Of a DNA stretch of 64,000 bases, positions 23,329-34,529 are shown piece by piece. Location: contig JAVECO010000011.1 of the NCBI GenBank assembly GCA_051942205.1, positions 124,001 to 188,000 on the forward strand, written 5' to 3'. Below the pieces are notes generated by a model. It had not been told where the DNA came from and made no database searches. It saw only the letters and a program-made list of their open reading frames with translations. Source of the stretch: Coniocarpon cinnabarinum. Lineage: Eukaryota. The position numbers and the translations under genes were made by a program. Numbering within the stretch: the stretch's first letter is position 1; each line of letters begins with the position of its first letter.

Positions 23329-25542
23329 ATGGCTTCAATTACGGACGGAGACCAGAGCTGTCAACAGCCGCAACAGACGTTTTCAAAACGCCGCGCTCCG
23401 CGAGCCACCCGCGCGTGTGACTTTTGTCACAGCAGGTCCATCCGGTGTCGCCAACCCCCAAGCGTTCCTGGCGTGGAGAACTCGAGTGCCAATCCAGGCG
23501 AATGTCAAAATTGCGTCGAGTACCAGCGGCCTTGCACGTATACCCGCCCACTGAAAAAGCGGGGCGCTCAGAGCAATCGCAGCAGAAACGCCCCAAAGCC
23601 CGCGCAGTCCTCAAGCAGTGATGCAGTTGCACCTGCATTTCGCGCGCCGGACATTATCAGCGATGAGGCCATCTCCAATCTGATTGATATCTACTTCGAG
23701 ACCATCTATCCCATTTTCCCAATTTTCCATCGCCAGACGCTCTATCGACGTGTCGGCGACCGAGAATATGCAACGGATGCATCGTTTTTCAGCTGCGTCA
23801 TTGCACTCGTCTCCCTGACCGTGTCACGCATCAGGGATGGCGGGGTTTTCTCAGCACGGTGGAAACAATATGACATCAGTTTGCTGCCATCAGGTGAAAA
23901 ATTGGCCGATGTTGCAGATTCGTTGATTCCCAAAGATGGCCGGGCTGGAACAAGTCTGGATTTTCAGAGGTCGGTTAGTTTACTCACCCTTAGGGCACTT
24001 CAAAATGGCGCGACGAAAGATATGCAAATGTGGATGGGCATTTATCACATGTTTGTGCGTGTCAGTGGGCTGCATGTGGAGGATAACTGGCCTTCGGGCA
24101 TTGCTCTGATTGAATTAGAGGAGCGTCGCCGTCTGTTTTGGTCGATGTATACGCTGGATGTCTTGTCTGCAACCTGCTTTGGCACCCCCGTCCCCGGACG
24201 GGAGGATCAAATTCAGGTTCATTACCCGCGCGAATACAACGACGAGCAACTGGAATCCATGGCTGCGACAGGCTGGGACGATGAAACTTCCACGGAAATC
24301 TCTAGTGAACCTGCAGACATGAAACCGGGTTCAACTTGGGTGCAGGGTTGGAATTTCGTCGTAGATTTGTATCGGGTTCTTGAGAATGCTCTTGGTTGGC
24401 GTCGCGAGAACAACCACAACAGCTTCCCAGTACCAGCGTCTCGAACTCTTCAACTCCGCAGAGGAAGCTTGGACCCTTGTCAGTTTCATCCGTGCCATTG
24501 GATGTCTTGCATCTTATTGACGATTCGACAGACCACATGTTGCAAGCAGTGCTCGACTCTCATGAGAGCCTCAGCCCTGTCTTTAAGACAATACCTCACA
24601 TTACATTCGATCAATCGCAAGATATCTTTGGCTTTCAAGCCGCAAATATTGCAGCAACCATGCAGCTCGTACGCATCGCACTTCACAGCCCGTCCATTGC
24701 ATCGGTAACCCAACGATGCCATATCATCACGGAAGTGGTCCAGACTTTTATACAAGTGCCTCTGGGCTTCTTGAAAGCTATCAGTGCCCCCCTCATTTTC
24801 CATCTTGGGGGCATTGGTCTTCTCCTGGAGTGTTCCGTAGAGACGACACCTTACCCTGACTTGCTCAGGTACCGGGTGGTACTGACCGGACTGGCGGATT
24901 TGATATCTTATCTAGGTAAGTAACATCGACGATCCAAGTTGTGTGCATTATACTCATCAATACTTCATTTACACAGGTAAGGGGACTTTGATCGGAGACG
25001 GACCAGCAGAGCAAGTGCGTGGTCAGATAGCTGCTGTGGAATCAAGGATGGCGTACTTGGAATCAACTGAGCATATCTCGTATCCCAGGCCAAAGCCCGA
25101 TTCTTTGTTTCATCTGCCATCTAGGCTATACATTCCCCCTGGTCCTGATTCCAACTCTTGGGCTTCAGTACTCACCTCAAATACCCCGTCAACGGATATG
25201 TCAGAGTCAGGTATGATGCTTGATCACTTCAACTCTGTCACAACGCTATCGCCCTCAACATTGTCAATTATTCAGTCGCAGCATGCTGGCGCATATTTCC
25301 CCTGGCTTGAAATGGGTCGTGTTAACAATATCCCCAATGACTGGTCTTCGCAGCAGAACCCGCTTTCGCCCTTTGACTATCCTAGTCACCCTAAGCAGCT
25401 GCACACAACTTCCGCAACTCCACATGCCGAAGCTGCCTTTCCCAACCAGACTACTTTCGCAGGAAACCCCAACTTTTCCTCAAACGCATCAGCACCGTGG
25501 CCAGGAGTATTTGAGACAAATGATGACAGGTATCTTGGTTGA
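23329..25542 (+). CDS. Zn(II)2Cys6 transcription factor with fungal-specific TF middle domain, 3 exons (23329-24478, 24532-24915, 24977-25542)
   Basis: RACDFCHSRSIRC..CQNCVEYQRPCTY binuclear cluster, YFETIYPIFPIFHR and EERRRLFWSMYTLD. Introns GTCAGT 24479..CAG 24531 and GTAAGT 24916..CAG 24976 join the three ORFs in frame. Confidence 0.93.
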
Positions 25543-25581
25543 GGGTTCCCCTTGTCAGCGCAAGGACCCGGCCACAAACAT

Positions 25582-25674
25582 TGACAAGACCTTGGCAGTT
25601 GGATGCAGCAAAATGCGTCTTCGTCAATGAATGCGGCACACATTTTGCTGCATCCAACCGCCAAGACCTTGTCA
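25582..25674. repeat. Inverted repeat/hairpin, 34-bp arms with 3 mismatches and a 25-nt loop
   Basis: Left arm TGACAAGACCTTGGCAGTTGGATGCAGCAAAATG (25582-25615). Reverse complement of 25641-25674 is TGACAAGGTCTTGGCGGTTGGATGCAGCAAAATG. Confidence 0.9.
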
Positions 25675-26801
25675 TTGGTTGGAGCCAGGTGTTCACAATC
25701 TTTGTGGGAGGCCTTCAAATTTTGTGTGTACTTCTGCGCTCGTAGAGAACCATCTGTGTCCTGTAGTCAGCGGTTGGAGCGATCAGACAAATCCTGCTTG
25801 CAAGTTTGGAGGGGGTAAAACGTGCGCTGTAGGATTTGATGCAACAACTCACGATATTGAATGAAACAAGACAACGCAATGCAACAGCGAGGACAATAAT
25901 AATTATTTTGTGGCGATACAGAAGCGAAATTTAAAGCGGGGCCGTGAATATGACACCGACTTCCCTTTTAGCCTTTTGGCCGCAATCGATACTAGTCACT
26001 CATCCGTCCCCGGTCATTTGCGCTCAAGACGTTTGTGCCAATGCGACGATGACTGAAGGCTGTGACTGCCATCCAGGACGGCATGAATTTTTCTGCATCG
26101 TGGAGTAGGTTAGTCAGGTAACACATGCTTTAATGTCTGATTGTAGGAATAATGTCCCAAAGACGCCACAGAGATGAGTGCTACCAGAAAGTGGCGACAG
26201 GGCATCACTAGGAAGTGTTGGTTGATTGAATTCGGGGATATGTATCCTGAGGCTTAACTTGAGGCCTTTTCTTTTATTGTAATTACCTTGACCGCCAAGG
26301 GCGCCATGGTCGTGTTGTGAGACTCGTTTAAAAAACTACCGCAACGCTTTGTTCTCTTTTGGAAGCAACATAAAAGTAAAAACTACGTACTCTGGAGTTT
26401 CATCCACCGTTGTAAGATAGGAAATGTAATCGTGTTGCAAATTCTCAATAGTAAGGTTATTTGACGATCACAGGAACGTAAAACCGGGCTATTTCGAGGC
26501 TTTATTCATTTTCGAGGCAGAAAGAGTGACTGATGAATAGGTCAGGAGAAAAATACAATTCAACTCAGCAGAAAGAGTTCTCGCCGTGGGGCGGAATAGC
26601 ATCATCCTTATATGCTTTACAACAAGTAAAACACCGACTGGGCCGAACAGCTCGTTTTCTGGTTTCATCTGAGACTCTCATCGTCGATGCAGCAAAATGC
26701 TGACGATCGCCTGGGCGATACGCCTGACCTACCCATCAATGTGACGTAGACCTATCTAATGCCTCACCACTCGATCGATCATTGTCGATGCGAGGAGTCG
26801 C

Positions 26802-27800
26802 TTGCAAAGTAGCAAGCACCTCAGCTTTGATGTAGAGAAGCGCAAAGAGTTACTCATGTGCGTGCAATGGTCCTGCATCTCCTTGTATCTCGTTGCATCT
26901 CCAGATTTTGGTCTACTGCACTTCTCGGTTGTATACCGATTGTGGCGCTGTGGCAGGCGAGATGATTCGGAAGAACTGAAGAATCATACCTCCATGTGGA
27001 ACCGTGGCTCGCGAGAGCTCATTGGACTCGGAAGAACTGAAGAATTGCGTTTCAGCAGCCCCCACGTTCCCTCACCCTGGTATATGGTGGAGCCAGAGGC
27101 CCGCAGCTGACGTGCCAACGGTCCCTTATTGGTATGCGGCTCAGCGTTTCCACTCAGGTGTCCCGAGCGTTGCGACTAGATGCGTTGCGCTTTCAGGGTT
27201 TGGTCAAGCAGGTCAAGACCATTTGCAGCACGACCCGCCCTGCTTAATTCCAGGGTCTTTGCTGGACTCGAAATCATCCGATGCAGGGCTTCAGGAAGCG
27301 TAAGAGGACGCAGCATTGTCTCCGGATGGCGACAGACTTTAGATTCCCAAGCAGCTGCGTACGAGCGCATTGACCTTTGATGATGGACGTCTGGTGGACG
27401 TCCAGAAAGGACAGAGCGGCAGCTTTGCCGACAACCGAACTCTTCTTGCAATCTCAGAACAGACCCACATCCCGTTCGAACTAAAATTTTGCCCGCTTGA
27501 GCGACTCAGATACGATCCAGAGCTTTGTGGACGGTCTGCGACCATCGTACGATGTATTGCGATCTTTCCACCTTCTTTAGAATAGTCCTTCCGCACTGCT
27601 TAGCCTGAGCTTGCTGAAATCCGCTCTCGATGGAGGGCCTATGGTTTGACTATCCTTAGATATGGCTCAAGCCCTACGTGGATTACAACTACCGTCGAAC
27701 CTCGTCCTATTTACTGGGTAAGCTTTGTCAGAAGCATTGCACGTTTTCAGCATGCCACTGAAGATAATGTATTCACGCTCAGACCTATAAGAGGCTGTTA
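26802..27800 (+). pseudogene. Putative degenerate WD40-repeat (NACHT-WD/HET-E-like C-terminus) relic
   Basis: Fragments VASPDFGLL..VYRLW..EELKNHTSMWN, AALSPDGDRL, DDGRLVDVQKG, SFADNRTLLAI and YGSSPTWIT..PIYWV are interrupted by stops and a frameshift. Confidence 0.4.
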
Positions 27801-30549
27801 CGTATTCCAGAGAAGGACTATTTAAGAGCTATATGTAACGAAAGTGGTGATAACCAACCACAGACCTCTGACCACGCCATCAAGAAGTGTCTACTAGATT
27901 CAACGAGCAACTACCGCTCATGCGACACGTGTCGAGCCCGTCAGAGCTCCTTTGGTGACCTTCATGTGAGCCTGATTTCATCGCATGCGTGGCAGTGATG
28001 GCGCTTTTCTGCTGCGTGACGTTCGGATTCAGTAGAGTGCTTAATCAAATCATTTTCAGACATTCCTCAACAGCCAGCAAGTCCAGCGGAAGACACGTTG
28101 ATCTGAACCGGGGGTCCGACACATGGGACGAATCTGCTCTGGATCCTCGGCGTGCCGCAATAGAGGTTAGCATGTGGTCATACGACCCGCTTTAAACAAC
28201 ACAGAGCACAGGGTCCACATTCTGCTAAACGGCTCGCGCCCCTGACGTACCGTGCAGATGGAGAGGGAGGAACACTGTTTTGGGCGTGATACGTAGGTGG
28301 CCAATAACGTCATGCCCCATACGGATGCCACAGACCTGCAGGAAAGCGTGGAAACAAGAGCGCCTTGATGCCAGCCAAGGCCGCACCACCCCAGCATGAG
28401 ATCCACGACACAGCCCTCGACGGCCGCGAAAGCCGATCACCATGATTTCCAAAAATGGCTAGTGCGGCGCCCCAATTCTTCCGGCGGCTCATTATGCGGC
28501 TCAAAGGCCCAGCGAGGCTTGGCTGTTGACGGCACCGAGTTTATTCAGAGTGGTTTGGTTCAGCAATCCTGCCCACTGCACTGCCTCTTGTTGACTTCTT
28601 GAGTAGACGCGCCCGTGTACGAAAATGACTGTCGACCTGGCCTCTCTAGCGAGTCTGGTGGTTGAAAAATCACGGTATACATCTAACCCTCCCATACCCG
28701 GGGCAGAGCATCGCTAACATCCATGGTGAACGCATGGTTCATGAGTCTACTCCTGCCGCCTTGTCCACAAACGCTGCTTTCTTCGTTGCAACGCCCGCAT
28801 TTCTTGCGCAGATTGAGCCGATTCGCTGCAGTGGAATTGTGCCTGGCGCGTGGCAATTTTCTTTTCCCCACTTCTCGTACGCCTTGAAGGAGTACCTGAA
28901 GTCATTGTGTTTCTTGCGCCCCGCGTTACCTCCCTCCGAGTTTCCTGCAATATTTAAGCTTCTTCTCTTTCTCTCCACTCCTCTATGCTCCCATTCGCTC
29001 CTAGGGAACGGCATCTTAATTTGACCAGCATTCAGCTCATCCCTACGGAATACTTTCACCCATCTATAGCCTTGCGTTTCACTTCCGGCCACATCCCCGC
29101 TTAAATCAGGGATATCCAAGCGGCCGGAAATTCCAAAGACACGGTTCAATTCTATTGTGAGGCTTCATCAAGGCTTCGATGGAACAATCTACGAATAAGC
29201 ATGAGCAATCTTGGCTACGTTAATGCGACTACCAACGCATCAACCACCATATTTACCCAACTATCTGACGTTCGAATCTATGCATTGAACAAATGTCATT
29301 GCCGGAATCCTCCTCTAGTCACGTCAGGAAAGTGACGGGCCAAGAAACATAGCCATTCATGTGGATGCGCCTTTGACAATTCACATATCACACCCTCTGC
29401 CACCGTCTCCGCATACCCCAACTCGAACGACCGATATGGGCATCGCAGTCACCTGCTGCCTCGTCACAATTCTTCCAATTCTTCTTAGGAAAGCGACTGC
29501 GCTTCTTCAGTACATCAAGCAGCGGCTCTCATTTTTGCCAAAACCCCTCTGAAAGTCTGTTCGTGCTACTCACTAGCATGATCGCCGCCTACAAAATCTC
29601 CATCTAGATCCCTCCGTAATAGCTCTAATCGTAACTTTTGATTTGTCTGAGCTCAAGTCAATCAACGCGTGTCGCAATTTCCGCAAGAAGAGAGTAGATC
29701 TGCCATTGCGCCATCAAGCGCATTCGAATGGACAACGGCATACGACGCTCGAGAGACCAGAGAGCGTAGCCACACGGACCTTGCTCGCTTTGTGTGCGCT
29801 GCGGCTACATGAAATGAACCGTCTCTTCTAGTCCTCTCACGAAGGGCGAATGCCAAAATGCAGAACGGTAGGACAAAGTATCTATCTTGACGATAGAGGT
29901 GACGACGCCACCTACTAATAAGCCCATAGAGACAGCACTGCACAGGGCTCTTCTTAACTAAGTCGTGTGAATGATCGAACCATTACGGGAGCACGAGTCA
30001 CGGACCAAATTCTTCGCCAAATTGCCGTCTAGGCAGCGAATGTCTACGATGAGGAGAATGCGGGTTCACAACGCTGCGGATATAGTAGCAAAAAGTCCCT
30101 CTACACCTTCTGAGATGCTGAAAAAATTGGCCTGGTAAGGACATTATAATGAGGGTGTCGCAGCTCTAGCAGCTTAACAAAGAAGCGACGCTTTACATAC
30201 AGCAATTGGGTAAAGAGCTAAAACATCGACAAGGCTGCACGCGTAGTTCAGCGTTTCAGACCACAACGCGCTCCATCATCACTACATTTCCTTCGGCGTC
30301 GCATCTGTACCGCTCAGCCTCCTCCCCAGACCAACGTCTTTTCTATCTCTCTTTACGCCTAGAAGTAGCGCAAGTAGTGCACCATCGACGAGAAGGCGCG
30401 TGATTGCTACTACTATATCTAAACTTCATACACTTACACTAAACAGCACAGCTCTAGCACAACAGCGCCGTAGTTCAGCGCGTCACCGAGCCCAAAAATC
30501 CTTTTCTGACACCTTTCGATAACCATCTGGCTGTTATCTGGCTGTTACC

Positions 30550-30585
30550 TTGTTGTAGTCTTGTTGTAGTCTTGTTGTAGTCTTG
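30550..30585. repeat. Tandem 11-mer (TTGTTGTAGTC)x3
   Basis: Read directly from the sequence; preceded by CTGGCTGTTA x2. Confidence 0.85.
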
Positions 30586-31060
30586 CTGCTCGGTTGATGT
30601 ACCTCGCGCGAGTATCTACACTCTACTTTGCCTCGCAATGAACGGGCTCAAGACATGGGCGACTTGCGCAACAGCTTGGAGCAAGAGGCGCTACTCTGTT
30701 CGATGCGCTGCTTCAACGCGCTTCCGCATTCTTGTGCTGATACCTTTTTCGTCTATACTCGATCAAGTCAGCTACCTAGGACTGCGGCCTATCAAGATTG
30801 TGTCCTCTTCGCGTTCACACCCACATCGACATCCACGTCGATCTCTGCATCCACGTCCGTGTCCGTCTTCATATCCGGATGCGCTTACGGTTTGTCAGCC
30901 GCACACCAGCCGCACATCAATGCAGAACGCATCCATCCTGCCACATCAACATATATATGTCTATCACGGTCGTTCTCATTCAGACAGTAAACTATATCAA
31001 AGTCAGCTTTATCGCTACCAGGAATGCAACTATTCATTATTGATACGTCCAATCATATCT

Positions 31061-31260
31061 CTGATCATCCGTTCACGTCCCTGATCAACCATCCACGTCT
31101 CTAATCAACCATTCACGTCTCTAATCAACCATTCACGTCTCTAATAAACTCATCACGTCTCTAATCAGCCATTACGTCTCTAATCAACCATCACGTCTCT
31201 AATCACCCGTTATGCCTCTAATCAACCAACCACATCTCACGTCTCTGACCACCCCATTCA
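31061..31260. repeat. Minisatellite, about 10 copies of a 19-20-bp unit CTAATCAACCATTCACGTCT
   Basis: Units start at 31061, 31081, 31101, 31121, 31141, 31161, 31180, 31199, 31218 and ~31245. They are directly adjacent with no spacers. Confidence 0.92.
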
Positions 31261-31778
31261 TGCACAATTCCTCCACATTCAAATCTTCAATAAGCGTGGC
31301 TTAGCATGGCCCATCCAAGCCCAGCGTCCCCTTAGCCCAAGCTTAGCCTTGCTTGTCAAACTCTTGACGCCAGATCCAGTGTCTTTAGGACTTATCTATT
31401 GATGTAGTCCCATCTGTCCATCTACCGACGACGAAGCGGTCATAGAAGCCCTCGACGGGATTCGCATTTTGATGGATCAAGCGACATCATTGGTTCTGCG
31501 CTACGAGCAGTGGCCAGCCATTACGAGGGATAGATGCCAGGCTGGTGAGTTCATCACGGCGCATGCAGCAAGACTCTTGCCATCGCGATGCCGTACAGTA
31601 AAGCGCAAGCCATAAGAGAGCCGTGTCTCTTCTAATAACTGCATCACATGTTCTTCATCCCTTGTTATACAAATACATACATCCAGAATATCATACAAAA
31701 GTAACATGACTCGTACAACTCATGACCATAAGCAACAACAGCGCAATCCTCATATCTTACACAGGCACGCTCGGTAGA

Positions 31779-33851
31779 CTATGCATCAACAACAGCATCC
31801 CACAGCTCTCGCGCCTCGCGAGATAACACCGGCACCCACGAGAAGTGCTCATCCAGATATCCGACGGTCTCGTCAAACGCGCGGAACCCACTCAGCCGTG
31901 CCGCCTTGTCCAGCAACTGATACAACTCTCCTTCGCGGCGGCGCATGCCCAGAAGCTTCAGTTGACTTCCCGCGACGAGCGCCATCCACACGACAGCCTG
32001 CGGCACCTTCTCCAGCAACTCCAACGTCTCCGAGTGCTTCAGGATTTGAACAACGCGCGAGACGCAAAAGCGCGTGATGTCGTCGTCAGCTTCACGGATG
32101 GGTCGTGCAAAGCAATGCAGGATGAGTCGCATCGTCAAAAGACACGCGTCTTCGATCGCATTCGTCGCCGGAAGTGGTTGAGCGTCTTCGAGGAAGATGT
32201 GCTGAACAAGACTGCATGCAGCGATCTGATCGTCGCCGGCTTCGAACCCAAGAGCAATCAAGGTAATGGCGAAGGCGTGGAAGTAGCAGAGATAGGGCGA
32301 GATGAAGCCGAGGCGCCAGAGCGAGCGAAAGTCGACAGTCATGTCGGGGGTCTGCACAGGCTGGGCGAGGGGGTCGACGACCTCGAAGGGATTGCGACGG
32401 GCAGAAGGCGGTGTGCGGGTGGCGATCGCGGCGAGTGAGGCGTCATATCCACTGTCGAATGCGGGGATGCGTCGATTTGCAAGCTGGCGTCCCTCCCGCC
32501 TGAGTCTGAGCAGACTCACCAAACCGTGAGCGTGAGTACGAAAGGCGGCAAGATCATTTGTCTTGTGCTGGGTGTTGCGGTCAGTGACAGGCTTGATGTA
32601 GCTGAATGATGAAGGAAGCTTACTGCACCAACCATCAACAACGCGACTGCCAGCAGGGTGCTGTCTCTGATAGCCGTAGCGGAAGAAGATAGTTCTTCGT
32701 TGGTCTTGCTAAGTGCGAGACCCTGATATTTGGAGAGAAGACCACTTTGCCCTCCTTCTTGCGGAAGGCCTGGCGTACAGCCCATACACGCGACTGGAAT
32801 ACCATGTCAGCATCGAATCTATCCATGTATTTTCCACCCTTCGGAACTCACTCAAGGCCGCGCATGCAGCTGCAGAATCTCTCTGCAACGGGAACCAGAC
32901 ATCACTCCTGTGTGCAACAAGTAACAGTTGTAGCTGGTCCTTGTTATCCACGGCCGTCGTCCACGTAGGTGACAAGAGGTGAACGTTCAGGTACAGCTTG
33001 ATCAATTCTTCTGCATAAGCGTCTGTTTCTATCGGCAACACATCGAACGGATCCTTGAGCGGATCGTCCACCCCAGCGGCCGGGTGCACTTGAATCTCCC
33101 TGGGACCCGCCGGTAATATCTGACGCAGTGGTCGCGATGTCTCCGAGCTCCTCCGTCTAGGCCGCCTCAGCGCCCGGCGGGAGCGTGTCCTTGGGAGCCG
33201 GGATGGCGTAGAAAGCTCAAGACTGTCGCTGTCAGTGGCTGAGTCTCGTCGTGACGGTCTTCTGTCACGCCCATCGCGGCGTCTTCGTAATGCAGTGCCA
33301 GCGGTCGCGCCCCCGCGCGAGTCATCATGAGATCCGTGAACCGACCCGGTCACACCCTTGTCCGCAGCCGAGCCACGAGACCGTCGTTGAGGAGCAGATT
33401 CACTTGCACCTGAAGTATCGCTTGTAAGTCGATCATGTCGTCCAACGGTCGTGGCCTCCTCGAGCCCTTGCTGGTCAAGTGCTCGACTCGGTCGGTTCTT
33501 CCTGTTTGATGCCCAGCGCTTGACGATGTGCTTGTTCGATGCGCTTTTGAACTCACTCTGGTGCGCGTAATTGACGAACAGGAGCTCTGTGTTCCCACTG
33601 GCATCCGCACTTGGCCTTCCCGACTCGCCACCAACACTGGACTCCGAGACGGCGGCTAGTGGCCTGTGAGGGAGAGACTGCAGCGGGTGTGTTGCAACAT
33701 TCGCCGAGGAAGAAGTCGCGCTAGCCAGATCCGATGTTGGCGTGGATGTGGATGGTGTAGCCCTACCAGGCGCCGATGTTGGGCCGAGGTCCGATGCCTG
33801 TAAGGGCAGTAGCGCTTTTCTATGACTGGCCTGTCTATCAGGATCGGGCAT
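31779..33851 (-). CDS. Fungal-specific transcription factor domain protein (Fungal_trans_2/DUF3468-like), 3 exons
   Basis: N-terminal LLFVNY..KHIVKRW and DPFDVLPI. After introns (GTGAGT 32851..CAG 32794; GTAAGC..CAG) it reads KYQGLALSKTNEEL..DSTLLAVALL and AFRTHAHGLVSLLRLR. C-terminal AVVWMALVAG. Confidence 0.7.
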
Positions 33852-34529
33852 TGATCTTCGTCTGATCGTCCACAGGTGTTGGGTTTTAGGTAAAAGCGCC
33901 TTTAGGGACCCTCCTTATAGGCGTCGAGCCACCCAGCTGACAACTACAATGAATGTCGATCCAGTGGAGCAAGGTGCTGCGATGGTCGTCACCAGCGTAT
34001 GACTCTCTCTGTGGATGTAAGTGCTGACAAAACACCTGGCTAGAAGTTTCAGTCCCAGACTGTGGACGCTTGGGCATCGTCTGTGCAGTATTGCTATCAA
34101 TGACTCTGACATTCTGCACCGTGTGTGAGTGTTATATACCAGCACACGAGCTGTAGACGCGCCTGTCTGCCGTCTCACTGGACGCAGACAGGCTTGCAAT
34201 GACACCATGCTGGGACGAAAATAGTCCGCGCCTGTAGTTCAGCCCCCAGGCACCCATCACAAGGACAAATAGGTAAATGGAATGTATAGAGGCCCGTGGA
34301 AGAAAGTTGAGGCTTGCCCGCTCCATTGCAAATAGATAGGCAACCACATTACGATGCGCTGTAGAACGAAAGCGCGACCCGCCGGAGCATGCATCACCGC
34401 GACCAAAAGCGGCTCCGCTCGCAGCCACTTGAAAATAGTTTCCCCGTGCCCCGTCCCCTGCCCTTGGGCTTCCGTCACCCTTCGTCAGCATTCAACCCGG
34501 CTCCTCGCCTGCCTCGTAACTTCGATCTG

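Larger units (their letters stand above)
30200..31340. mobile_element. Probable RIP-degraded repeat/TE remnant
   Basis: TpA-rich tracts (CTACTACTATATCTAAAC), stop-riddled frames, internal tandem repeats and a GCTTAGC/CCAAGC-rich right end. No transposase motif recognised. Confidence 0.3.

Noticed and set aside
24396..24708. Apparent frameshift in the Zn2Cys6 gene
   Set aside because: It is explained by a canonical 53-nt intron (24479-24531).
31061..31260. CRISPR-like array
   Set aside because: The units are contiguous with no unique spacers, there are no cas genes, and the context is eukaryotic. It is a minisatellite.
31301..31312. U6 snRNA-like TTAGCATGGCCC
   Set aside because: Only 12 nt match; the ACAGAGA box and the rest of U6 are absent.
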